A stretch of DNA of 64,000 nt, taken from the NCBI GenBank assembly GCA_963836185.1, contig CAWIIQ010000001.1, forward strand, positions 256,001-320,000. The letters are read 5' to 3'. This DNA comes from Candidatus Krumholzibacteriia bacterium. Lineage in GTDB: Bacteria > Krumholzibacteriota > Krumholzibacteriia > Krumholzibacteriales > Krumholzibacteriaceae. Under the pieces are notes generated by a model. The model saw only the letters and a list, made by a program, of their open reading frames with translations, did not search any database and was not told the DNA's origin. Shown here one piece after another: positions 47,165 through 56,079 of this stretch (positions are counted from its first letter, which is position 1; each line of letters starts with the position of its first letter). The position numbers and the translations under genes were made by a program.

Positions 47165-49450
47165 TCATCTCAACAGGATCATCTTCGCCGACGAGCGGGT
47201 GTCATCCGCCAAGAACCTGCAGAAGTAGACCCCGCTCGAGACGCTGCTGCCCTTGTCGTCGAGGCCGTCCCACGAGATCGTGTGAGTGCCTGCTTCTGTC
47301 ATCTTTGCGTTGAGCAGCGTCCGGATCCGCCGGCCGGCTGCGTCATACACGGCAAGGGTGACCGGTCCGTCCTTTTCGATCGAGTAGACGATCGTCGTCG
47401 CCGGGTTGAACGGGTTGGGGTAGGTCCCCCGCAGGCCGGTTTTCACTTTCGGAGTCGCGGGATCCGTATCCGTGGTCGGATCGGTCAGCAGGACCATCCT
47501 CAGGTCGCGGCACGTGATGCCCTGGTGGTTCGTCGTGATGACCTCCATCAGGTACAGACCGGGCATGAATCCGTGCGTATCCCAGTGCAAGGTGTCAACG
47601 AGGCCGTTGCCGCGGACCGGGCCTGCATCTACGGGCGTCCAGTGAGGATCGAGCGAAGGAGCGCCGGGAGCGCGGCTGATGCCGGAGCTGCCGCTGCTTC
47701 CTCCCTCGGGTGGCGATACCTTGATGTACCCGGCGATAACAGCGTCGCCGCCGGCGCCGTCGAGATCGTATCCCTTGGTAGTAGGATTCCCGTTGGCGTC
47801 TTCACCGACTTCATACTTGTTGTCGGCGGTGCTTCCGCCTCCCCAGGGATCCATGAAATCGATATGCTGCTTGGTGCTGTCGCCTACTCCGTATGTCGTC
47901 TGCTCCCTCGATCCGAGCGTTACCCAGTGTCCGATCGTATCTCCCGCTCCAGGGCCGGATGTCGTCGTGTCCTGCAGCAGCACGAGCACGTCCTCGCTGT
48001 CCGCCTCGAATTCGCGGAACATCTCACCGAGGTCGGTATCGCTCTCGACGGGATGGCTGCTGACTCCCCAGCCGCTCTGTCCATGGCCCTCGAGGTATTT
48101 CTCTATACCGGATACCATGCCGTCGCTGGAGGTGCCCGTATCCTTGTCCGTGCCCATCGCTCCCTGGAGCTCCTTGGCGATGTCTTCGCCGCTCTGCTCG
48201 GGCTTGGACTCGTCTCCGCCGGGATTGTCCAACCCGGGGTATCCGTTGTCGGCGAAATATTTCAGGCAGGACGCCGCTGAAGCGGGACCGCACGAGGTCG
48301 AATCCTTGTCTGTCCCGAGCCCGAGCTGATCTACGGGCGTCAGGGTTCTCTGGAACGATGTGGTGAGTGTGAATACCTGCAGCTCGGCCGATCCGGGCTC
48401 CGGGAGCTCGTCATCGAGCTTGAATGTGATATCGAAGAACGAATCGACGCTGTATGCCCAGATCGTATCCTCCGGGCCGGTGAAGGCCGGGATCGGTGGG
48501 GTGGGATCGATCCATACGACGATGGTATCCCTGAAGAATCCACCATGAAAAGGCGCGTTGAACTCCACCCTGCACTCGGCGACCTGGCCCTCGAAGGGCT
48601 CTGAGCCCGGCTCGAAGTATCCGCACCAGCCGTCGCCCTCGCCGACCGGATTGATCGTGGAGGCATCTGTTCCCTCGCCGCTGTAGTCCATGTAGAACAC
48701 CGTGAACGGGTCCAGGCTCCCGAGGGGCCTGTAACCGAACTCGGCGTATTCGATATCCTCGTCGTCTATGCCGTTGAGCGAGGCGGGGAACTCGATCAGC
48801 CCGTCTTCGTTTATCAGCGCGACCTCTGATTTATACGCCATCGGACAGGTAATGTGTGCCTCAGGAGGGTAGTACGGGAGAAAATCCACATGCCATTCAA
48901 GGATAGCGGCGACCTCGATCCCGCCTTCGTTGTAAAGGAGGATGGGCGGCCCCATGTATTCGTACCTGGAGAAATAGGGCGGGAACTGTTCGATGATGCT
49001 CGTCAAATGCATCGGTTCGTAATTTATCAGTAGCTGACCCGGCAAGTGCTCAGGCAGCTCGATCTCGTACATCACGTCGAAGAAAGATTCGGCGGGGAAG
49101 TCGATACCGGGCGTGATGCCTCGAACAGAGCCGGGTGAAGCGGGGCCGGGATTCCTGCGGACGGCTATGTTGCCGTCTACCAGGTCCATCGCTATTATCT
49201 CGGTGTCGATCATGACGTGTCCGTCGGGATCGAGATAGGGAGGGGAATAGTCGATCACGCAAGGCCCCAGGACGTCCGAGAATTCGACGGGGCCGTACCC
49301 GTACACTTCGACAACGACGGTCCGCAGACCTTTCTGTATGAGGATCGGTTCGGCGAATGCCGAGGTGGCCGAAAGCAGGCTGATCAGAATAACAGCGGTG
49401 ATCAGGCCGACGGCCACCTTTGATGGCGGGGCGGATTTAAGGTGTGACAA
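47165..49450 (-). CDS. Secreted protein with papain-fold C39-like peptidase domain, 'SFFD' N-domain and FlgD-Ig CTD
   Basis: Q...SCGPASAASCL, GHWVTL, FMDPW triad pattern; YPNPFNP...AKMILLR; TTG start after AGGAGG. Confidence 0.7.
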   Translation of the reverse strand: MSHLKSAPPSKVAVGLITAVILISLLSATSAFAEPILIQKGLRTVVVEVYGYGPVEFSDVLGPCVIDYSPPYLDPDGHVMIDTEIIAMDLVDGNIAVRRNPGPASPGSVRGITPGIDFPAESFFDVMYEIELPEHLPGQLLINYEPMHLTSIIEQFPPYFSRYEYMGPPILLYNEGGIEVAAILEWHVDFLPYYPPEAHITCPMAYKSEVALINEDGLIEFPASLNGIDDEDIEYAEFGYRPLGSLDPFTVFYMDYSGEGTDASTINPVGEGDGWCGYFEPGSEPFEGQVAECRVEFNAPFHGGFFRDTIVVWIDPTPPIPAFTGPEDTIWAYSVDSFFDITFKLDDELPEPGSAELQVFTLTTSFQRTLTPVDQLGLGTDKDSTSCGPASAASCLKYFADNGYPGLDNPGGDESKPEQSGEDIAKELQGAMGTDKDTGTSSDGMVSGIEKYLEGHGQSGWGVSSHPVESDTDLGEMFREFEADSEDVLVLLQDTTTSGPGAGDTIGHWVTLGSREQTTYGVGDSTKQHIDFMDPWGGGSTADNKYEVGEDANGNPTTKGYDLDGAGGDAVIAGYIKVSPPEGGSSGSSGISRAPGAPSLDPHWTPVDAGPVRGNGLVDTLHWDTHGFMPGLYLMEVITTNHQGITCRDLRMVLLTDPTTDTDPATPKVKTGLRGTYPNPFNPATTIVYSIEKDGPVTLAVYDAAGRRIRTLLNAKMTEAGTHTISWDGLDDKGSSVSSGVYFCRFLADDTRSSAKMILLR

Positions 49451-49728
49451 GGGAACACCTCCTGTTTCAAGACACGAACCAGGGGCGCCGCCATAGATAA
49501 ACGGGCGAGAATAGACGGACCGCTATACGGTCAATCATTACAATATTAAGACAGCGAATTTTCCCCTGAGTCCTCTAGTGACGGAAATAGTAACACAGAA
49601 GGGGCTGGTTTTCAAGGAATCAGTCCACCGCCAGGCCCGGAGATCCTCTCCGGCAGACATTGTTGGTGAAAGACGGGTGCGCTTCTGGTATAATAAATGG
49701 ACTACTCACAACTAGGGGGAGGGTTCTC

Positions 49729-52700
49729 ATGAAACGTATCGTCATGCTGGCGATTCTGTCGCTTGCTCTGGCTACGTCTGTGTCGGCTCAGGTCTATCCG
49801 ACTGTAGACAGTGTTTATCCGAATCAGAACGGGACTCGAGCATATGCGACAACGGACATCCGGGTCGCATTCAGCCATGTCATGGACCTGGCTACCCTGA
49901 ATGGAACGACAATCGTAGTATACGGCAGTTTTACCGGGTACCATTCAGGCGCCATCTCGTGGATAAGCGCGAGAAGTTCGGCCCTGTTCAATCCTGACGA
50001 CGACTTCGCGTACGGCGAACTCGTTACCGTTACAGTTACGACGGGAGTGAAGATCGAGGGCGGCAACTATATGCAGGAGCCCTTCGTCTGGAACTTCATG
50101 ATAGGCCCGATAGGCGGGTCGGGTACGTTCGCGACGGCTGTGACCCAGTCTACGAGCGGTTCGGCGCCGGGGTTCATCAGCGCCGCCGACTTCGACAATG
50201 ATCTGGATATCGATCTTGTGACCAGGAGGAACTATCCTTATTACAACGTCCTTACGACCTGGGACAATAACGGAAGCGGGACCTTCACCGGCGCAAATCA
50301 TGAGACCGATGACGAATTTGATAACTTTGACGACGTTATACCGGTCGATATCGACTGGGACGGCGACATGGATATCATGGTCGAATGGCTTAACTGGTCC
50401 AACGGACAGAGTTTCGGGTTCGCGGTCGTACGCAATCCGTTCAGCCCGACTGCATCCCCGAGCGGTCTTGCCGGCGCGGACCACACCAATTCCGGGTATG
50501 CCTTCACCGATTTCAATGGAGATGGATACCGGGATGTAGTGCAGTCTTTTTATGATCTCTCTTTTGACTACAATGTCCGTGTCCTGACATACAGCGATTT
50601 TTTCAGCTCCTTCGTTCAGGACTGGTACGAGGAAACAGCCGCCATCCACAACTATCCCTGCGTAGCCGACTTCAACAATGATGGAAAGATAGATTTCGCG
50701 ACGCTGAGCGAATCGTCCAGCTTTGTCGAGGTATGGATGAATGATGGAGGTTCATCCTTCACTTCCAACGGAACATTCTTTCTCGGCAGGCCTCCGACTG
50801 CTGTTTATGCCGCGGACCTGGACGGCGACGGGGACGCCGATATCGTCACTGTCAACAGGGGTACCGATGATATTTCGGTACTGCTCAACAGCGGAATCGG
50901 CTCATTCGAGCCGGTTTCGGTGTACGGCGTCGATGATGAACCGAATTCGATGGTCCTCGCCGACCTCGACGATGACGGCGATCTCGATGTCGCGACGGCC
51001 AATCCGGTTCAGTTTACTGTCACGGTGCTGCTGAACGATGGGACCGGTGGTTTCGGCAGTTCGCGCACTGAATTTGCGTCGGGACAGACCAACCGTCCGC
51101 CGGGTCATATAGCGGCCGCCGATTTTGACGGTGACGGGGATATCGATCTGGCGACCTCCAACGGCGGATTGTATTCCACATACATATATATCCTGTCCAA
51201 CATGGCGCAGCCTCAGATCGTCTCGACATCGCCCGGGATGAACGAGATCGATGTCGATCCATCGGCCGATATCACGGTGACCTTCGACATGGATATGGAC
51301 GGAGCTTCGATTAACTCCTCCTCGTTCGTAGTGAGTACGAGGACGGACGGTTTCACCGCAGGAAGTGTCAGCTACGACAATCCGTCGAGGACCGCGACAT
51401 TTAACCCGGCTGGAACGTTCGATGACGGGGAACTTGTTGCTGTGTCTCTTACCTCTGATATCGAATCGGCAGACGGGGCGCCGCTGAGAAGCCATGTCTG
51501 GAGCTTCACCGTCACAGCGGACGCCGGCTCAGCCGGATTCAATGCGGATGTAGAGTACGGAACGGGCGACTTCCCGAGGTACGTCTATGCCGCCGACCTG
51601 AACGGAGACGGGTACCCCGATCTCGCCGTGGCAAACCGGAACTCACATTATATGTCGATACTGCTCAACAACGGCGACGGCACGTATGGATCACAGATCA
51701 CGTATACGACAGGTGGCTACCCTCTATATCTCTTCGCCGCCGATCTCGATGATGACGGTGACGTTGACATCGCTGTCGCGAACAGCGGTGACGACGACAT
51801 CTCCATATTCAAGAACAACGGATCCGGGGGCTTCTTCGCCAAGGCGGATTATCCTTCAGCGAACTATCCATCCAATATCCACGGCGGCGACATGGATGGA
51901 GACGGGGACATCGATCTGGTCGCCGGGTGCAGCGGAGACGTCGCAGTACTCCTGAACAATGGAACCGGCGCCTTCCCGTCGTATGAGGCCTATGACACGG
52001 GAAGCCCGGTTACGCGGGCATACGTCCTCGATTGCGACAACGACGGGGACCTCGACGTTGCGGCGGTCCATGTCAACCTCGATGAGGTCGTCCTTATGAT
52101 CAACGGCGGATACGGCGCCCTTTCGGTCGGTTCGTCCGTTCCTACAGGCGATAGTCCGGGGTATATGTGCGCCGCCGATTTTGACGGCGACGGTGATATG
52201 GATATGGCTGTGACCAATCGTAGCGACGACAACATCTCGTATTTAAGGGGAGGCGGGAACGGCTATTTCACCGACGAGGCGTTATATGCTACAGGTGAGG
52301 GACCGGTGGAGATCTTCGCTGCCGATTTCGACGCTGACGGGGACATGGACATGGCGACGGCGAATTATGATGACAATAACGTCTCCATCCTGATAAACAA
52401 CGGGGCTGCCGTATTTTCACCCGGGGGAACGTACGGCGCGGGCAACGGGGCTTTCGGCCTCTTCTCTGCCGATCTCGACAATAACGGCACGATGGACCTC
52501 GCCGTTTCGAATCTTCTCGGGAGCACGGTATCGGTCCTTCTTAACATCAACGCATCATGCGTCACGATGCCGATAACCGCGACAGGTGTCGATATTCCAT
52601 TTGTCGCCGGGGATGATACGATCGCTGTCCTGAACTTCGTCTCCGAGACCCTGGACAGCGTCAATATCTGCGTGCACCCGGGTCAGATTCCTCCGTATAT

Positions 52701-53280
52701 CCTTACCTGGACCGACTGGGTCGAGAGATACTACGTGATCACGCCGTATCCCGTGTCGGCGACATTCGAGGTCGATATGACCCTTTTCTACGACCAGTCG
52801 GAGTTCGACGCTTCGGGGCTCGCCGAGGAATGGGCCCTTCATCCGTACAGATACGATGTTGGCGATCACCACTGGCAGATGGCGGAAGGGATCGTCGGCG
52901 AAGATGCGAACGAGGTTTTCTGCACCGGGGTCACTGAATTTTCCGTCTGGGGATTCTCCGATTCGGAGGCCCTGGTCGATGACGAGGTCGAAGAACTTCC
53001 TGCGGCCACTGCCCTCTACCAGAATTACCCGAATCCCTTCAACCCCGCGACCCAGATAAGGTATTACCTCAGCCGGGATGAGATCGTGAACCTGTCGGTC
53101 TACGATGTGCTCGGCCGTGTAGTGGCGGTGCTGGTCGACGGAAAACAGGATGCGGGGTTCAGGACGGTGACCTGGGACGGCAAGGACCATGCGGGCAGGC
53201 AGGCGGCGAGCGGGGTCTACTTCTACAAGCTCGCGGCAGGCGACTTTGTGCAGACGCGCAAGATGGTGCTGCTGAGGTGA
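49729..53280 (+). CDS. FG-GAP repeat (two probable propellers) and SbsA-Ig protein with FlgD-Ig CTD
   Basis: Many AADLDGDGD.D.A.AN...SVLLNNG repeats; two Ig domains (I.V.F...MD); QNYPNPFNP...RKMVLLR. Confidence 0.9.
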   Translation: MKRIVMLAILSLALATSVSAQVYPTVDSVYPNQNGTRAYATTDIRVAFSHVMDLATLNGTTIVVYGSFTGYHSGAISWISARSSALFNPDDDFAYGELVTVTVTTGVKIEGGNYMQEPFVWNFMIGPIGGSGTFATAVTQSTSGSAPGFISAADFDNDLDIDLVTRRNYPYYNVLTTWDNNGSGTFTGANHETDDEFDNFDDVIPVDIDWDGDMDIMVEWLNWSNGQSFGFAVVRNPFSPTASPSGLAGADHTNSGYAFTDFNGDGYRDVVQSFYDLSFDYNVRVLTYSDFFSSFVQDWYEETAAIHNYPCVADFNNDGKIDFATLSESSSFVEVWMNDGGSSFTSNGTFFLGRPPTAVYAADLDGDGDADIVTVNRGTDDISVLLNSGIGSFEPVSVYGVDDEPNSMVLADLDDDGDLDVATANPVQFTVTVLLNDGTGGFGSSRTEFASGQTNRPPGHIAAADFDGDGDIDLATSNGGLYSTYIYILSNMAQPQIVSTSPGMNEIDVDPSADITVTFDMDMDGASINSSSFVVSTRTDGFTAGSVSYDNPSRTATFNPAGTFDDGELVAVSLTSDIESADGAPLRSHVWSFTVTADAGSAGFNADVEYGTGDFPRYVYAADLNGDGYPDLAVANRNSHYMSILLNNGDGTYGSQITYTTGGYPLYLFAADLDDDGDVDIAVANSGDDDISIFKNNGSGGFFAKADYPSANYPSNIHGGDMDGDGDIDLVAGCSGDVAVLLNNGTGAFPSYEAYDTGSPVTRAYVLDCDNDGDLDVAAVHVNLDEVVLMINGGYGALSVGSSVPTGDSPGYMCAADFDGDGDMDMAVTNRSDDNISYLRGGGNGYFTDEALYATGEGPVEIFAADFDADGDMDMATANYDDNNVSILINNGAAVFSPGGTYGAGNGAFGLFSADLDNNGTMDLAVSNLLGSTVSVLLNINASCVTMPITATGVDIPFVAGDDTIAVLNFVSETLDSVNICVHPGQIPPYILTWTDWVERYYVITPYPVSATFEVDMTLFYDQSEFDASGLAEEWALHPYRYDVGDHHWQMAEGIVGEDANEVFCTGVTEFSVWGFSDSEALVDDEVEELPAATALYQNYPNPFNPATQIRYYLSRDEIVNLSVYDVLGRVVAVLVDGKQDAGFRTVTWDGKDHAGRQAASGVYFYKLAAGDFVQTRKMVLLR

Positions 53281-53313
53281 GTTCCAGGCCGCGGATCGGA
53301 ATATGAAAAGAAC

Positions 53314-53340
53314 AAGGGCCGGGATAAACCCGGCCCTTTC
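53314..53340. terminator. Bidirectional intrinsic terminator
   Basis: AAGGGCCGGG-ATAAA-CCCGGCCCTT. Confidence 0.8.
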
Positions 53341-53376
53341 TATCAAGAGCTCGCTCTTCGACAATATCTGAAGATC

Positions 53377-55809
53377 TTATCTCAGCAGGATCATCTTCTT
53401 TGTCTCCTTGAACTCTCCAGCATTCAACATGTAGAAATAGACTCCGCTCGCTGCGGAAGATCCGTCAGCGCTTTTGCCTTTCCACTCAGTGGTATATCTA
53501 CCTGCGGATCTTGATTCATCGATAAGAGTAGTTACGAGTCGTCCGGCAGCGTCATATATCCGGAGCGATACATGCCCGGACACTTTTAATCCGAACCCGA
53601 TGGTCGTAACTGGGTTGAACGGGTTGGGGAAGTTCTGCGCAAGGAATGTAGCGTCGGGCAGCGGCATCGGATCGTCGCCGGTGACCATGTCCGGCCCGAT
53701 GACGGAGAAGATGCTTTCGTTGCCGTGTATGTCGACCGCCGCGATCTTGTACCAGTACCCGGCATCCCACGACCAGTAACCATCGACAGAGAAGGTATCG
53801 GGGGTCGAGGCCACGAAGTTCCCCGGGCCCGGCTCGAACGTCTCGCTCGTCCCTCGGTAGATCTTGTATCCTGCGAGGTCAGCCTCGCTGTTCGGATCCC
53901 ACGTCAGCTGCAGGCCGTTCGGCGTGAAGAGCTGCTCGCCCGCGAGTCCGAGCGGAGCGGCGGGGGCGAGGTTGTCGACAGAGTATCCGCTGTCGGGGAG
54001 CGATTCCCAGAAGACCGTGCGGTCACCGGTGTGCGCTATCACCTGGAAGTAGTGCCAGGCGCTGTGCACACCGGTAGAATCGAAGAGTGTCGAGATGACA
54101 TCTGCGTAATTTTCCTGCGCGTATGCCTCATCGTACGAGACGAGCTGCCAGTAGTAGGGCTCGCCTGCAAGCATCCCGCGGCGGATTACATCTGTGCCGA
54201 GCCTGGAATCGAGGTCACCGGCGCTGGTCAGCACGGTCGCGCCGTTTGTCTCGAACATCATCGCGGCAGGCTGGTCTATCGCCCGCCAGACCGAGTACTC
54301 GGAGATCGCATATCCGGGCCACGCGTCGAGATAGCTCGCGTCCCACGCTACACTGACGCCGCCTCCCTGGTCACCCGGTATGTCGATGATCGAGGTTATC
54401 TCGGGCGCGGGGAATCCCCAGTTGCCGGTCCTGTCCATCCGGCCGGCGTATACGTCGTAATTAGAGTTGCGGTAGTCTTTCCACGCCGCGATCGCGCCTC
54501 CGCGGCCGTCATGTGTGATGTCTATTTCGCTCTGAAGTTTCGTAGCTTCAGTGAGCTTCACCCCGTCCGTCCCCCAGAGGAGGGAGCCGGAGGCGTCGAC
54601 GCGCTGCATAAAGATATCGCCGTCGTACCGCCCGTCTTGCCAGGCCGTGATTGCGCCGCCATCGCCGTCCGTGGCAACCGCCGGGTTGTAGCAGCCTGCC
54701 GATGTGCCGCACAGGAGGACGCCGTCGGCGGTCCACGCCACGGTGCCATTCATCTCTACCTTCTGAGCGTAAGCTTTATTCGTCCCGCTCCGGCCGTCCT
54801 CCCAGACAACCATGAAGCCACCCTGTGGATCGGCGCAGACATCCAGGTCTTCTGCAGAGTCCGCGTTGGCGCCATAGAGCACGACGCCTCCGGCGGTCCA
54901 TCCCTCGTTGCCGCTGACGTCGAACGACTGCGCGTATATCGAGTAATGGCTCATGTTGCGGCCATCCCGCCAGCAGGCAATGAACCGGTAATTTCTGTCC
55001 ATGATCAGCTGGACGTTTCTCTGGGAGTCAGTGGCGTTATTGAGGACTATTCCGTTGACGGGCCATCCCCGTGAGCCGGACAACGAGTATCGGTGCCCGT
55101 AGATGTCGGAATAGGTCCCGCTGCCCCTGTAGTCCGCCCATGCAAAATATACGTAGTTGCTCAGGACGTCCACGGTCACATCCGGGTCGATCTGGTTGTA
55201 TGCCGATTCAGTGCAGACCGGCTCTCCGTTGGCCGTCCAGAGTGCGGTGCCGCCGGCGTCGATGCGCTGGGCGTATATGTCGTATGTCGCGCCCATGACG
55301 CCGGCATAGCTTTCCCAGACTATAACGGCGCCTCCGGACCCGTCGCAGGCGATTTCCGCGTCTCCCTGGGTGCCTGTCGCTGTAGTCACCGCGACTCCCC
55401 ACGCCGTCCACAGTTCGTTCCCGTCGGCGTCGAGACGCTGCGCGTATATGTCAGTGTCGCTTCCGCGGCTGTCCTGCCAGGCGACGATCAGGCCGCCCTC
55501 GCCGTCCTGTTCTATCACCGGCCACGTCTGGTTGCTGCCGGAAGGTGTGATCTGGATACCTCCCGGGGTCCACATCTCCTGGCCGTATCCGTTGAGGCGC
55601 TGGGCGAATATCTCGCCGAGATTCGAGTCAGTCCAGACGACGAACGCCCCGCCCTCCCCGTCGTTGATGACGAGAGGCATAGACTGGGTACCTGATGCGG
55701 TCGAGACGGGGTTGCCGTCCTCGATCCACTGAGCAGCTGCGCCTGTCGTAAGAAGAACCGAGAAAAGTAAAAGTAAAGTGATCGATGCGAAGACCCTGGA
55801 GAACATCAT
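53377..55809 (-). CDS. DGxGGA/DIYAQR repeat protein (paralog D) with FlgD-Ig CTD
   Basis: AAGGAG SD, signal peptide, same repeats; QNFPNPFNP...KKMILLR. Confidence 0.85.
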   Translation of the reverse strand: MMFSRVFASITLLLLFSVLLTTGAAAQWIEDGNPVSTASGTQSMPLVINDGEGGAFVVWTDSNLGEIFAQRLNGYGQEMWTPGGIQITPSGSNQTWPVIEQDGEGGLIVAWQDSRGSDTDIYAQRLDADGNELWTAWGVAVTTATGTQGDAEIACDGSGGAVIVWESYAGVMGATYDIYAQRIDAGGTALWTANGEPVCTESAYNQIDPDVTVDVLSNYVYFAWADYRGSGTYSDIYGHRYSLSGSRGWPVNGIVLNNATDSQRNVQLIMDRNYRFIACWRDGRNMSHYSIYAQSFDVSGNEGWTAGGVVLYGANADSAEDLDVCADPQGGFMVVWEDGRSGTNKAYAQKVEMNGTVAWTADGVLLCGTSAGCYNPAVATDGDGGAITAWQDGRYDGDIFMQRVDASGSLLWGTDGVKLTEATKLQSEIDITHDGRGGAIAAWKDYRNSNYDVYAGRMDRTGNWGFPAPEITSIIDIPGDQGGGVSVAWDASYLDAWPGYAISEYSVWRAIDQPAAMMFETNGATVLTSAGDLDSRLGTDVIRRGMLAGEPYYWQLVSYDEAYAQENYADVISTLFDSTGVHSAWHYFQVIAHTGDRTVFWESLPDSGYSVDNLAPAAPLGLAGEQLFTPNGLQLTWDPNSEADLAGYKIYRGTSETFEPGPGNFVASTPDTFSVDGYWSWDAGYWYKIAAVDIHGNESIFSVIGPDMVTGDDPMPLPDATFLAQNFPNPFNPVTTIGFGLKVSGHVSLRIYDAAGRLVTTLIDESRSAGRYTTEWKGKSADGSSAASGVYFYMLNAGEFKETKKMILLR

Positions 55810-55970
55810 CGCTCCTTCCGGCAAAGGTCGTGAATTCCGTGCCGCCACGGTATGGAAATCCACGAAACAGGGGAATCCATAAAGCGGATATGAAGCGAGG
55901 CACCTCGTGATGCCTGATTATGATGTCGTGCAGAAGTACCCCTCATCTTTATCCGCCGCTTACGGGACGC

Positions 55971-56000
55971 ATTATACCACAGGAGCGGGTGAAACATCAA
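55971..56000 (-). promoter_or_regulatory. Sigma70 promoter of paralog D with a ~155-nt structured leader
   Basis: TTGATG-18 nt-TATAAT with an extended TG. Confidence 0.6.
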
Positions 56001-56079
56001 GCAGTTAAACGAATTGCGGGACTACGACATGCACGCGGTCGTATTAAGACTGTTTGAAGTTGTGACGACGTTTTAAGGT

